From: a bacterium
GTDB lineage: Bacteria; Chloroflexota; Dormibacteria; Aeolococcales; Bog-877
Length of the DNA: 64,000 bases
NCBI GenBank assembly: GCA_021816695.1
Contig: JAKAXE010000001.1
Span: forward strand, 2,769 to 66,768
Direction of reading: 5' to 3'
The position numbers were made by a program, and so were the translations under genes. Within the stretch, counting starts at the first letter, position 1; every line of letters starts with the position of its first letter. Shown here one piece after another: positions 27,063 to 36,707 of this stretch. A model generated the notes under the pieces. That model had not been told where the DNA came from, ran no database searches, and saw only the letters and a list, made by a program, of their open reading frames with translations.

Positions 27063-27760
27063 GAGAACCCTCCGTGCGACGGGTGCCGAACTGGCCAGCC
27101 CAGTGGGAGCACCTGGTGAAAATCCAGACCCCGTGGGCCTCCGGCAGCTTGCCGGTCGAAGTATGGTCCACCGCGATCGGCTTGGCAACTGGTCCCCCCG
27201 TGCGCTCGCCGGGAGGACCCTCCAATTTGGGCCAGCGCCCATGTGTACGCCGGTTTCGGCGCGAGGCGCTCGCCATCCCCCGGGGTCGGCTCACCGCGGG
27301 GGATTCTCCAACCTCCGTGACCCAGCCCGGCCGGAGATGGGCACCGGAGCGCTCGCCCCCGGGAGCGCATCGGCCGACGGGCTCGACGGGCGGTGTGGTG
27401 GCCGCCATCCCCAGGGGCCCGCGGTGGAGCCGTTTGGACCAAATGCCGGGATATCCCCCGGGCCAGTCTCGTGCCCCTGCGGGGCGCGGCGGCCGCCGTA
27501 CCCGAGCCTCCCTCCAGGAGCTAGGTGCTGGACATCCACCCCGGCACGGGCCATCATCGACCCCGCCAGCCACGCCGAGGAGCCCTTGTGGGATCTCACC
27601 GCCCCGTCCGAACACCTCCCCATCCCCAGCGAACGCACGGTCAGGACACCGGTGCGCTGGGCGAGAACACCCCGGGCCGTCGGCCCCAGGTCCCGACCGC
27701 CACTGGCAGCGGCCGGCCCGGCAGGGGGCGGGGAGCAGTACCGTCGCGGCCCGGCACCTG

Positions 27761-29275
27761 ATGGCAAGCCCGGCTTCACAGCGGCCGGCCGAGGGGGATT
27801 CCGAGCTTTCCACGCAGGCTGGGCGCAACCGGCGCCGCGGATGCCGCCGTGGATGCTGCGGCTGCCTTGTTGGGGTGGGCACCGCCGTGCTGGTGGTGGT
27901 GCTGCTCCTGGCCGCCTACGCCATCATCCCCAACTCCTATCCGGCCTACCCGAACAGCGCCAGGGCGGCGCTGGCGCGGGTGGCCCGCTCCTCCACCCCA
28001 GAGCTCCCTTGGCTGCACAGCAATGGCAAGGAGATCCTGGACAGCGCGGGCGACCAGGTGCTGCTGCGGGGGATGAACGTCACCGGGCTGCTCCAGGCCA
28101 AGGACATGCGCCCGGGACCGGTTCCCACCACGGAGGACTTCAGGGAGATGGCCGCGGATGGCTTCGACGTCGTCCGCATCCCCATCAGCTGGTCGCTACT
28201 CGAGCCCCGGCCCGGAAGGTTCTCGACATCGTACCTGGACCTCCTGAAGAGGGTGGTGGGGGAGGCCGCCAACCAAGGTATCTATTCGGTGATCGACTTC
28301 CACAACATCGATTGGAGCATCTACTACGGCGGCGACGGGGCCCCCAGCTGGCTCACGGCCGGATTCCTTCCCCGCAGCTTCCCGGCAGGCAGCCCCTGGA
28401 ACCGCCACCTGGCCCCTGGGGTCCTGGCGAGCTATGGCATCTTCTGGGCGGATCTGGGCGGCTGGCAGGAGGACGCGATCCAGGCCTGGACCGTGGTGGC
28501 CCGGGCCTTCAGCCACGACTCAGCGGTGGCCGCCTTCGACGTCTGGAACGAGCCCCACCCCTTCCCCATCCCCCCGGGGGTGTTCGAGGCCAAGTTCCTG
28601 CTCCCCTTCGAGGCCAGCCTGATCTCAGCGATGGCCCGGGTGGCTCCCCTCCAGATGTACATGGAGGAGCAGACCCTGGACTTCGGCCTCCCCACCTACG
28701 TGGGCCGGCTGCCCTATCCCAACCAGATCTTCTCCAGCCACGTCTTCGCCACCCTGCTCGAGCCTCCCTGGCAGTCTCCCGTCCCCCAGTACGGCGCCCC
28801 GCTAAAGCTGCTCGAGAGCCAGGCCAGGACCGCCGGAGCCGCCCCCTGGGTGGGTGAGGTGGGTGGCCCTCCCGGGGCGTCCGGCAACGCCTGGATCGCC
28901 CGGGAGATGAACGAGCTGGACTCCTACCGGTTGGGCTGGGCCTACTGGGACTGGAACGAGGGTGGAAGCTGGGCCTTCGTGAAACACCAAAGCCGCCTCA
29001 GGCTGGTGGCACGTGCCTACCCCAGGGCGACCCCCGGGAGGCTGACCTCCCTGGCCTACGACCCCTCCAGCGGGGAGCTGGTGGTGGGGATGACGGGGCC
29101 GACCGGCGGCCGCCCGCTGGTGGTCGAGGTGCCGCACTTCCTCACCCACTTCTCCATCAGCAGCTCTTTGGCAGGCCCCCCGCCGGCCTATCACTTCGAC
29201 CTGGCGACCCACCTCCTGACCATCGACCTGCCGGCGGTCACCGGGTCCTTCGCCGTTCGGGTCCACTTCAGCTGA
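27761..29275 (+). CDS. Membrane-anchored glycoside hydrolase family 5 (cellulase-like)
   Basis: TM 'LVGVGTAVLVVVLLLAAYAI', then 'DGFDVVRIPISWSLLEP', 'YSVIDFHN' and the catalytic 'FDVWNEPHP'. The ATG at 27761 is chosen. The 229 codons upstream in the same frame look non-coding. Confidence 0.8.
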   Translation: MASPASQRPAEGDSELSTQAGRNRRRGCRRGCCGCLVGVGTAVLVVVLLLAAYAIIPNSYPAYPNSARAALARVARSSTPELPWLHSNGKEILDSAGDQVLLRGMNVTGLLQAKDMRPGPVPTTEDFREMAADGFDVVRIPISWSLLEPRPGRFSTSYLDLLKRVVGEAANQGIYSVIDFHNIDWSIYYGGDGAPSWLTAGFLPRSFPAGSPWNRHLAPGVLASYGIFWADLGGWQEDAIQAWTVVARAFSHDSAVAAFDVWNEPHPFPIPPGVFEAKFLLPFEASLISAMARVAPLQMYMEEQTLDFGLPTYVGRLPYPNQIFSSHVFATLLEPPWQSPVPQYGAPLKLLESQARTAGAAPWVGEVGGPPGASGNAWIAREMNELDSYRLGWAYWDWNEGGSWAFVKHQSRLRLVARAYPRATPGRLTSLAYDPSSGELVVGMTGPTGGRPLVVEVPHFLTHFSISSSLAGPPPAYHFDLATHLLTIDLPAVTGSFAVRVHFS

Positions 29276-29299
29276 CTCCGGTTGCGGACGGCCCGCTGC

Positions 29300-30646
29300 T
29301 CAGGCCCGGGTCTCCGGCATCGGCCCGGGGGGCGCGCTGGGACCGCTGACTGATGGACGCATCAGCCTCCTCGTCCGGGCGAGGCCCCAGCGGTCCAGGT
29401 CGTCGGGGAGGTCCCCGGACGTCGCCAAGCCCGCCAGCTCTGAGAGCTGCCTTGCCCGCACACCCCGCCGCTCCACCCCGGGCCTGGCCAGGAGGCAGTC
29501 CGGGTCGTTGGTCCACCACCTGCCATTGGTGAAGGCCCGCGCCCGACTCACGACCTGCGCCGACCTGCCGGACGGCTGGCTCAGGTCCCCACTCGGTGGC
29601 TCCCAGCCGGGGGCGGTGTCCGGCCCGACCCGGACCGCGTCCGCCAGCCCCACGGTCGGCAGGAGGGGGGCGCCGCAGGCCACGAGCCGCGCCCCGCTGC
29701 CGATGGCGCGTCGGATCGAGGCCATCGCCATCCGGTAGGGGCCGATCCCGGAGCCGGGACCCTCGAGGGCTCCGGCGTAGAGGAAGTCCAGCTTGAAGTA
29801 GGAGACGCCGAGCTCCGCGAGACCCTGGAGCCGGCCGCTCAGGTGCGCCAGGGCCGCCTCCCGGCGGAGGTCCAGAGCCAGGATCCGTCCCTTCCAATTG
29901 CGTCCCGCGTCGAGGTCGGTCCGGTACCAGTCGGGATGTCGGCGGGCGGTCTCGCTGTCCTCCGCGGCCACGAAGGGAGCCACCCACACTCCCAGTTCGA
30001 GGCCGTCCGCCGAAAGCGCTCGGGCCAGTTCCCGGAGATCGCCAAACCGTTCCCGATCCGGCCACCAGTCCCCGGTTGCCGCCTGCCATCCGTCGTCCAC
30101 CTGGAAGACCGAGATGGGCAGCTGCCTCTGCCTGGCGGACCGAGCCGCCCGGATGACCGCGGCCGCCGTGACCCGGTCCCCGAGGCAGTACCAAGAGCAC
30201 CAGACGGGCGGCAGTGACTTCCGAGTGGCCCGCCCCGCTCCGGGGAAGGACTCGGCCCAACTCCCCAGTGATTCATCCACCCCCGCGCCCCTCTCGCCCG
30301 GCCAAATCCGCACCTGCCCGTCGGCGCTGACCTCCAGACGATCCTCGAGGAGCCGGGCGCGAATCGAGGGGACCAGGTCAGGCCCCTCGGCGGCGAAGAT
30401 CAGGATCGGCTCATCGCCGCCGCGCGCCACCGCCAACAGCCCCTCCCCCTGGAAGCCCTCCCCGGGCGCGGGGCAGCCCGGGCGGTAGTTCATCACCTGG
30501 GTGGTGGGGTCCTGGGGGCGGGCGGACCGCGAACCGGCTCGATAGAGCGCGGCGGGGCTCCAGGACTGCCAGCCGAACTCGTACACCTGGGCGCTGCCGG
30601 GATCGCAATCCAAGACCGCGACCGGTTGGAACTCCCGGTCGGTCAC
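29300..30646 (-). CDS. Alpha-galactosidase-like glycoside hydrolase (GH36/GH27 clan)
   Basis: 'PVWCSWYCLG', 'VFQVDDGWQ', 'LGVWVAPF' and 'YFKLDFLYAG' are the TIM-barrel signatures of the melibiase clan. Confidence 0.75.
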   Translation of the reverse strand: MTDREFQPVAVLDCDPGSAQVYEFGWQSWSPAALYRAGSRSARPQDPTTQVMNYRPGCPAPGEGFQGEGLLAVARGGDEPILIFAAEGPDLVPSIRARLLEDRLEVSADGQVRIWPGERGAGVDESLGSWAESFPGAGRATRKSLPPVWCSWYCLGDRVTAAAVIRAARSARQRQLPISVFQVDDGWQAATGDWWPDRERFGDLRELARALSADGLELGVWVAPFVAAEDSETARRHPDWYRTDLDAGRNWKGRILALDLRREAALAHLSGRLQGLAELGVSYFKLDFLYAGALEGPGSGIGPYRMAMASIRRAIGSGARLVACGAPLLPTVGLADAVRVGPDTAPGWEPPSGDLSQPSGRSAQVVSRARAFTNGRWWTNDPDCLLARPGVERRGVRARQLSELAGLATSGDLPDDLDRWGLARTRRLMRPSVSGPSAPPGPMPETRA

Positions 30647-30657
30647 CGCTGCCCCTG

Positions 30658-31356
30658 TCAGCGCTGGACGAGGGGAAGGACCTCGGTGAGGCTGGTGATC
30701 GACTCCCCCTCCCAGAGCCGGTCCGGGTCGTACCGCATGTGCTCCAGCGCCAGGTGATTGCCGTACAGGATCCGCCGGGCGGACAGCCCCACCGCCTCCG
30801 CCCCGGTCAGCTCCTGGCTGCCCCCGTCACCCACGTAGAGGCAGTCCTCCGCCTCCAGCCCCAGAAGGGAGAGCGCCTTGCGATAGAGCTCGGGGTCCGG
30901 CTTCCGGCGTCCCTCCACCCAGGAGAAGAGCGGCGACTGGACTGGCCGGCCCCAGCTCAGCTCGGGCCAGAGCCGCGGGGTCTCGGCGGAGCAGTCGGTG
31001 ATGAGTCCCACCGAGACCCCGCGATCCCGCAGGCTGGCCAGCAGGGACGGCACCTCCGGGCGCGGGCGGCTCAAGACCTCGCGAAACTGGGAGATCCTGA
31101 GCTGCGCGGCCCGGTCCAGGGCCTGCTCCGATGGCTCGTGGCCCACCTTGCGGCAGAGGGTCCTGAGCATCGGGGCCACGTCGCCGAGCCGCCCGGTGGC
31201 GCGCTCGGTGTAGGTCGTCTCCATCAACTCCAGGAAGGGCTCGAGGGGGGCCTCCAGCGCCTCTCCGAGCTCCCGCGCCCGGAAATCGGCCTCCTGCGCA
31301 GTCCAGCCGTCTATGAGCGTGCCGTAGAGATCGAAGATGACTCCCCGGTACGGCAC
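30658..31356 (-). CDS. HAD-superfamily hydrolase
   Basis: 'GVIFDLYGTLIDG', 'GLITDCS' and 'LYVGDGGSQELTGA'. Confidence 0.8.
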   Translation of the reverse strand: MPYRGVIFDLYGTLIDGWTAQEADFRARELGEALEAPLEPFLELMETTYTERATGRLGDVAPMLRTLCRKVGHEPSEQALDRAAQLRISQFREVLSRPRPEVPSLLASLRDRGVSVGLITDCSAETPRLWPELSWGRPVQSPLFSWVEGRRKPDPELYRKALSLLGLEAEDCLYVGDGGSQELTGAEAVGLSARRILYGNHLALEHMRYDPDRLWEGESITSLTEVLPLVQR

Positions 31357-31365
31357 GGCTCCAGT

Positions 31366-31929
31366 CTACCGGGGAGTGCCGGGGCCTCCCCGGTGACCCA
31401 GTTCGGTGCTGGCTGACGGCAGCCCCGCGACCATCTCCAGAGCGTGGGGGAGGGCCGGCCAGACCGCCTCCAGACTCTCCTGGGCGGCCTTGAGCGCGCC
31501 GGGGAGGGCGAGGATCAAGGTGGGGCCGAGGACGACGGCCACCTGGCGGGAGAGCATCGCGTGGGGGGTGTGCAGGGCTCCCTCGCGGCGCATCGCCTCC
31601 GCCATTCCCGGCACCTGGTACTCCCCCGCCCTCAGGACCGCCTCAGGGGTGCGGTCCCGGGGATGCAGCCCGGTGCCGCCGGTGCAGAGGATGAGCGCCG
31701 GAGCCTTCTCCAGGACCACCCGACGCAGCCAGCCCTCGATCTCCACCGGCTCATCCGGGAGCAGGTGCCGGAGCACCACCTCGCCCGGCAGCTCCTGGAC
31801 CCGGCTGGCGAGGAAGTCCCCGCTCCGGTCCTCCCGCAGCCCCTGCGACCCCAGGTCGCTCACGGTGAGAACGGCGACCCGCCATCGGCCCTGGACCCGC
31901 GGGGGCTCGCAGCGGTCGGGGTTGCTCAT
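31366..31929 (-). CDS. MogA/MoaB-family molybdenum cofactor biosynthesis protein
   Basis: 'VAVLTVSDLGSQGLREDRSGD' and 'LILCTGGTGLHPRDRTPEA'. ATGA overlaps the upstream stop. Confidence 0.85.
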   Translation of the reverse strand: MSNPDRCEPPRVQGRWRVAVLTVSDLGSQGLREDRSGDFLASRVQELPGEVVLRHLLPDEPVEIEGWLRRVVLEKAPALILCTGGTGLHPRDRTPEAVLRAGEYQVPGMAEAMRREGALHTPHAMLSRQVAVVLGPTLILALPGALKAAQESLEAVWPALPHALEMVAGLPSASTELGHRGGPGTPR

Positions 31930-32480
31930 CCGGGCACCTCACCGCCCATCACCGCCAGCATGCGCGACAGCCGGGCGGCGTCCAGGCTCAGGTGGGAAAA
32001 CTCCTGGAAGCGGGAACGGAGGTTGGCGTACTGACCGGCCAGGGCGGGGTCCTCCTCCGACCCCGCGGCCGCCCACTCCTCCAGGTAGTGCACCGCGACG
32101 ACCCCTGCCTGGAGGCTCTCCTTGAGGCAGCCGAAGCACGGTCGCATGGTGGTATAGAGGGTCGCCCCCAGGGTGGGCTGCCCGAAGCGGGCCGCCGCCA
32201 GCAGCGCGTTCTGCTCGGCGTGCACGCAGATGCAGAGATCGTAGGCCCGCCCGGGGGCGAACTCGGGCTCGTCCCGGTGGAGGCAGCGGTAGCACCCACC
32301 CTCCGAGCAGTTGGGCATCCCGATGGGGGTGCCGTTGTACCCGGTGCTCAGCACCCGGTCATCCCGGACCACCACCGCCCCCACCCGCCTCCCCAGGCAG
32401 TCAGCGCGGGCTCTGGCCGCCAGGGCCAGGAGGGCGAAGTACTCCTGCTTGTCAGGACGGTCTCGGGGGTCCCAGGTCAT
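31926..32480 (-). CDS. Deoxycytidylate (dCMP) deaminase / ComEB-family zinc deaminase
   Basis: 'CVHAEQNALL' (HAE) and 'RPCFGCLKE' (PCxxC). Confidence 0.88.
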   Translation of the reverse strand: MTWDPRDRPDKQEYFALLALAARARADCLGRRVGAVVVRDDRVLSTGYNGTPIGMPNCSEGGCYRCLHRDEPEFAPGRAYDLCICVHAEQNALLAAARFGQPTLGATLYTTMRPCFGCLKESLQAGVVAVHYLEEWAAAGSEEDPALAGQYANLRSRFQEFSHLSLDAARLSRMLAVMGGEVPG

Positions 32481-32545
32481 CTCAGAGTCCGCCGGCTGGA
32501 GCAGCTCTCAAGGGCAGGCCGCCACAGCACGGTCGGATCCCACTC

Positions 32546-33103
32546 TCAACCGAGCTCGGCGAGGAGCTGGTCGGTGGAGACCACCCGGCAGAACTCCTCG
32601 TGCAGGGAGGCCGCGGTGCGCTGGGCCACCTCCTCGGCGGAGACCGTCGCCCCATCGGGGGTGCGGCGGTCGAAGGCGCGGGTGGCATCGAGCACCAGGT
32701 CTGCCTCGTACCCCAGGTCGCCGGCCATCCGGGCGGTGGTCTCGCAGCAGTGGTCGGTGGCGATACCGCAGATGGCCAGACGGGATATCCGCCGCTCCTG
32801 CAGCCAGCGGTCCAGGTCCGGTCGGCCGTAGAAGGCGGAGTGCACCTTCTTGGTCACCAGGAGGTCGGGGTCCCCGGCCACCTTGAGCCGGTTTCCCTCG
32901 GTTCCCGCGGCCAGCGGGGAGCCCTCCTCGTCGGAGTCGTGGCGGACGAAGATCACCGGGAGCGCCAGCCTTCTCCAGGCGCCCAGCAGACGGTCGATGT
33001 TCCGCTCCATCTCCGGGTTTCCCGGGCGGCCCCAGCTGGGGTCGTCAAACCCCGCCTGGACATCGATGACGAGAAGGGCCCGGCCGGCCCCTGGGGCCTC
33101 CAC
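32546..33103 (-). CDS. Isochorismatase-family cysteine hydrolase
   Basis: 'ALLVIDVQAGF' and the catalytic 'LAICGIATDHCC'. The GTG at 33103 lies 5 nt after the pckA stop and is preceded by GGGAGG. The track start at 33163 would overlap pckA by 56 nt. Confidence 0.85.
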   Translation of the reverse strand: MEAPGAGRALLVIDVQAGFDDPSWGRPGNPEMERNIDRLLGAWRRLALPVIFVRHDSDEEGSPLAAGTEGNRLKVAGDPDLLVTKKVHSAFYGRPDLDRWLQERRISRLAICGIATDHCCETTARMAGDLGYEADLVLDATRAFDRRTPDGATVSAEEVAQRTAASLHEEFCRVVSTDQLLAELG

Positions 33104-33107
33104 CCGA

Positions 33108-34667
33108 CTACCTCCCGACCACCCCGGCGATGAGCTCCGGGTCCAGCCCGGGGAATCCGTCAAGGTACTCCCGCCGCTCCTGGCGCAGCCGCTCGACTAT
33201 CGCCTGGTACTCATGCAGCCGGCCCTGGCGCTGGTAGAGCCGCCGGGGCTGGAGCAGCTCCTCGTCGTCGATGCCGGGCACGGAGCTGGCCAACTCGTAG
33301 CCGAAGTCGGGGTCGGTCTCCCAGGTGATGGTGCCCTCGGCGATCGCCTTGACCACCGCGGAGGAGTGGGGGATGCGCACCTTCTTGGCTCCGGGCTGGC
33401 CCGCGTCCCCTCCCACCGAGCCGGTGTTGAGGAGGTAGACCTGGAAGCCGCCGCTGGCGTGGAGCTCCTTGAAGCGGTTCCCCTGCTGGGCGTGCAGGAG
33501 GGGGAAGAAGGGGTTGGTTCCCGGTACCCGCAGCGCCCGGCCGGCCTCCGCGGCCCCCCCGGCGGCGGTCCCCTTGGTCTCCCCGAGCATGAAGTAGCCG
33601 GCGGCCTGCTCCAGGGGCAGGCGGGCCACCGCCGGGATGATCCCGTCGTTGCGGTTGAGGATCAGCAGGCTGCTCACCGGAGGCGCCGTGCGCGCGTCCT
33701 GGGACCAGCCCAGGGCAGACATGGGGAAGACCGCCCGGCCGTTCTGGGTGTAGCTCTCGTCGAAGAAGTCCACCGGCCCCCCGACCTCCTTCTGGGAGAC
33801 GTTCTCCAGGTAGGCCACCGGGGAGGTGACGGCACCGTAGATGGTGGGCTCGTCCTCCTGGGAGAGGGCGTAGGTCTTGGCGAAGCAGCCGTTCTCGGTG
33901 CCGTAGACCCTGCCGTCGGGCATCAGGGCCACGAAATCGTCCTGCACCGGCTTGCTGTCGTTCTGGCGGGTGAAGGTGGTGGTGGTCTTCCCCGTACCCG
34001 AGAGCCCCACGATCAGCAGGGTGCGCTCCCCCCCCGTGGTGGGGATCACCTTGCAGCCCGCGTGGAGAGCCAGCCCGCCGCGCTCGTAGACCAGCCGGTT
34101 CCACATGCGCAAGAGCCCCTTCTTGGACTCCCCGAAGTAGTCCGAGTTCAGGACCCGGGTGAGACCGCTCTCCAGCTCCACGGCGATGAGCCGGTTCTGG
34201 GGGTAGCCCTCCGCCTCCAGCGCCGGGGTGTACACCAGGGTGAACCAGGGCTCGAAGTCGGCCCCGGACTCACCATCCTTGAAGAGGAGATGGTCCTGCA
34301 TCCCGGCGATGTTGGCGTAGGCCTGGTCCATCACCAACCGGGCCGGGCAGCGGAACTGCTCGTCGTTGCCGATGTAGCCGTCGATCACCAGCACCTCGCG
34401 GTCGCGCAGGTAGCTCTCCTGCAGCTCGCTGACCCGCTCCCACTCCGCCCGGGTGATGGTCTTGCTGGAGGTGACCGAGGGATCGTCGGAGACGATGTAG
34501 GTGGACTCGGTGCTCCGGGCCAGCACCTTGGTCTGGACGTTGTAGTTGTCGTAGGCGGTGAGCCGGGCGGTGGGCATGGCCGCCGTCAGCCGGCGCAGCT
34601 CCGCCTGGGGGGGGTTGTAGGTCACCTTCCTCGCCGTGGGGATGTACCGACTGGCAAGCTGGCTCAT
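33108..34667 (-). CDS. pckA: Phosphoenolpyruvate carboxykinase (ATP)
   Basis: Kinase-1a 'GLSGTGKTTTT'. 519 aa from the ATG at 34667 ('MSQLASRYIPTARKVTYNPP'). The track ORF's 5' extension is rejected. Confidence 0.93.
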   Translation of the reverse strand: MSQLASRYIPTARKVTYNPPQAELRRLTAAMPTARLTAYDNYNVQTKVLARSTESTYIVSDDPSVTSSKTITRAEWERVSELQESYLRDREVLVIDGYIGNDEQFRCPARLVMDQAYANIAGMQDHLLFKDGESGADFEPWFTLVYTPALEAEGYPQNRLIAVELESGLTRVLNSDYFGESKKGLLRMWNRLVYERGGLALHAGCKVIPTTGGERTLLIVGLSGTGKTTTTFTRQNDSKPVQDDFVALMPDGRVYGTENGCFAKTYALSQEDEPTIYGAVTSPVAYLENVSQKEVGGPVDFFDESYTQNGRAVFPMSALGWSQDARTAPPVSSLLILNRNDGIIPAVARLPLEQAAGYFMLGETKGTAAGGAAEAGRALRVPGTNPFFPLLHAQQGNRFKELHASGGFQVYLLNTGSVGGDAGQPGAKKVRIPHSSAVVKAIAEGTITWETDPDFGYELASSVPGIDDEELLQPRRLYQRQGRLHEYQAIVERLRQERREYLDGFPGLDPELIAGVVGR

Positions 34668-34815
34668 GAGCGCCTTCGCCTCCTCATCTCCGCTCGAACT
34701 CTCGGCCGGCAGGTTACCGCAGCCGAAGGGTGGCCCGGGTTTCCAGATCGGGGACCGCTCTCCCCGGCCCCAGGCGCCGTGTACGATGCTGCCACGCAGG
34801 ACCCAGGAGGTGCAG

Positions 34816-35310
34816 ATGGCGCGATCGTCCGCGGATGGAGTGGGTGCCACGGTGGGGGCGGTCATGACCCGGGCGGTGATCACCACCAGCCCCGACGCCA
34901 CCATCGAGGAGGTGGCGGAGATCCTCAGCCGTCATCACATCACCGGCATGCCGGTGGTGGACGACCACCAGCGGGTAGCCGGGGTGGTCAGCGAGATGGA
35001 CGTGGTCACCAAGTCCGGTCGGCTGGTCAAGGACATCATGACCGCCGAACCGGCCACCGTGGGGGAGGAACTCCCGCTTCATGAGGTGGCCGACCTCCTG
35101 ATGGGCCGCCGGATCCGGCGGCTCCCGGTGGTCCGTCACGGCAAGCTTGTGGGTCTCATCTCCCGCACCGACCTGGTCCTCTTCTTTGCCCGGCATCAGT
35201 GGGCCTGCTCCGCCTGCGGTGCCACTCAGCGCGGCCTCCAGCCGCCGGCGGCCTGCCCGGCCTGTGGGCGAGGGGAGTTCACCCTGGAGACCGCCCCGCA
35301 CGGCATGTGA
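34816..35310 (+). CDS. CBS-pair domain protein with C-terminal zinc ribbon
   Basis: Two CBS motifs ('HHITGMPVVDD', 'RRIRRLPVVRHGKLVGLISRTD'), then 'CSACG...CPACG'. AGGAGG sits 5 nt upstream of the ATG at 34816. Confidence 0.85.
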   Translation: MARSSADGVGATVGAVMTRAVITTSPDATIEEVAEILSRHHITGMPVVDDHQRVAGVVSEMDVVTKSGRLVKDIMTAEPATVGEELPLHEVADLLMGRRIRRLPVVRHGKLVGLISRTDLVLFFARHQWACSACGATQRGLQPPAACPACGRGEFTLETAPHGM

Positions 35311-35314
35311 CCGC

Positions 35315-36337
35315 TCAGGGCTGGGAGCGGTGCAGCAGCTTGCGCAGATCGTGGACCGCGTCCACCCAGCGGATGGTTCCGCTTTGGGAGCGCATCACCA
35401 CTGAATGAGTCGTCACCTTGTCGCCGGCGAAGCGCACGCCGCCCAGCATCTCCCCGTCGGTGATTCCGGTGGCCGCGAAGAAGATGTTCTCGCCCCCCGC
35501 CAGCTCGGCGGCTGAGAAGACATGGGTCTCGTCGTACCCCTCGGCCCGCACCAGGTGGCGCTCCTCGTCGTTGCGGGGCCAGAGCCGGCACTGCATGTCC
35601 CCGTCGATGCAGCGCACGGCGCAGGCGGTGAGCACCGCCTCTGTGGCCCCTCCCACCCCCATCAAGACGTCGATCCCGGTGCGCTCCGGTAGGGCGGCCA
35701 TGATCCCCGCCGCCACGTCGCCGTCGCTGATCAGCATCACCCGCGCCCCCGCCGCCCGGACCTCGGCCAGGAGGCCCTCGTGGCGGGGCCGGTCCAGCAC
35801 CACCACGGTGAGGTCCTCCAGGTGGCGTTCCTCCGCCTCGGCCACCCGGGCCAGGTTGTCCGCCACCGACAGGCGGAGGTCGATGGCCCCCTTGGCGCGG
35901 GGGCCGACCACCAGCTTCTCCATGTAGAAGCAGTGGGTGCGAAGCAGCGTGTCGCGCTCGGACAGGGCCACGGTGGCGATCCCCCCCGGCAGTCCGCGGG
36001 CCACCAGGCGGGTCCCGTCGATGGGGTCCACGGCCACGTCGACCAGGGGTGGGTTGCCATTGCCCACCTCCTCCCCAATGTAGAGCATGGGGGCTTCGTC
36101 CTTCTCCCCCTCGCCGATCTTCACCACCCCGGCCATGTCGACGTAGGCGAGGCTGCGGCGCATCGACTCCACCGCGGCCCGGTCCGCGGCGATCTTGTCG
36201 TCGCGGCCCATGAAACGGGCGGCCGACATCGCCGCCCCCTCGGTCACCCTGACCAGGTCCATGGCCAGGTTGCGGTCGGTGGGGCTGCCCGGGTCGGTGG
36301 TCAGGATGTGGATGGCGCTCAGGGGATCTTTTGCCAC
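35315..36337 (-). CDS. glpX: Class II fructose-1,6-bisphosphatase
   Basis: 'DRNLAMDLVRVTEGAAMSAARFMGRDDK', 'IGEGEKDEAPMLYIGE' and 'VDPIDGT'. GTG start. Confidence 0.93.
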   Translation of the reverse strand: MAKDPLSAIHILTTDPGSPTDRNLAMDLVRVTEGAAMSAARFMGRDDKIAADRAAVESMRRSLAYVDMAGVVKIGEGEKDEAPMLYIGEEVGNGNPPLVDVAVDPIDGTRLVARGLPGGIATVALSERDTLLRTHCFYMEKLVVGPRAKGAIDLRLSVADNLARVAEAEERHLEDLTVVVLDRPRHEGLLAEVRAAGARVMLISDGDVAAGIMAALPERTGIDVLMGVGGATEAVLTACAVRCIDGDMQCRLWPRNDEERHLVRAEGYDETHVFSAAELAGGENIFFAATGITDGEMLGGVRFAGDKVTTHSVVMRSQSGTIRWVDAVHDLRKLLHRSQP

Positions 36338-36346
36338 GGCGCGGCC

Positions 36347-36352
36347 AGGATA
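36347..36352 (-). promoter_or_regulatory. Candidate -10 hexamer TATCCT (minus strand), 9 nt upstream of the glpX GTG
   Basis: TANNNT at leaderless or near-leaderless spacing. Confidence 0.3.
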
Positions 36353-36392
36353 GCGGCTGGGGGGCGCCGGGGGGTGATGCGATCATGGGGGG

Positions 36393-36707
36393 ATGAGAGA
36401 GCTGCCTACCCCCACCCGGTTTGCCTACGACGAGAAGGCAAGGGCGCTGGTGGTCGAGTGGCGGGACGGCGGGCGACAGCGGATCGCCTTCGCCGAACTG
36501 CGGCGGGCCTGCCCCTGTGCCTCCTGCCGCGGCGAGCTGGGTGCTCCCGGACGCTTCGAGACGGATCCCGAGCTCCACCCTGGAGAGGACGAGCTCGCCG
36601 ACATCGCCCTGGTCGGCAACTACGGGCTCAAGGTGGTCTGGGCGGACGGGCACGACACCGGCATCTACCGCTTCGAGCAGTTGCGCGAGCTGGGACAGCT
36701 CAGCTAG
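36393..36707 (+). CDS. DUF971 (gamma-butyrobetaine hydroxylase-like N-terminal) domain protein
   Basis: 104 aa with 'FAELRRACPCASCRGE' and 'YGLKVVWADGHDTGIYRFEQLR'. Confidence 0.75.
   Translation: MRELPTPTRFAYDEKARALVVEWRDGGRQRIAFAELRRACPCASCRGELGAPGRFETDPELHPGEDELADIALVGNYGLKVVWADGHDTGIYRFEQLRELGQLS

Noticed and set aside
27100-27716. Cobalamin-riboswitch-like fragments (GGGAGC..GGTGAAAATCC, GCAACTGG, GGGAGGAC, TCAGGACACCGG, GCCACTGG), and the idea of a Moco riboswitch in the coxS leader.
   Set aside because: The fragments are not in the consensus order. The central CCCGC-ACTGT element is missing and the flanking genes are not B12-related. I cannot reproduce the Moco motif consensus from the minus-strand leader by eye. 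An Infernal scan is needed before any claim.
27074-27760. A 229-codon N-terminal extension of the GH5 gene suggested by the 733-aa track ORF.
   Set aside because: The extension is Pro/Arg/Gly/Ser-rich with background-level third-position GC. The ATG at 27761 is followed at once by a sensible basic stretch plus a TM anchor.
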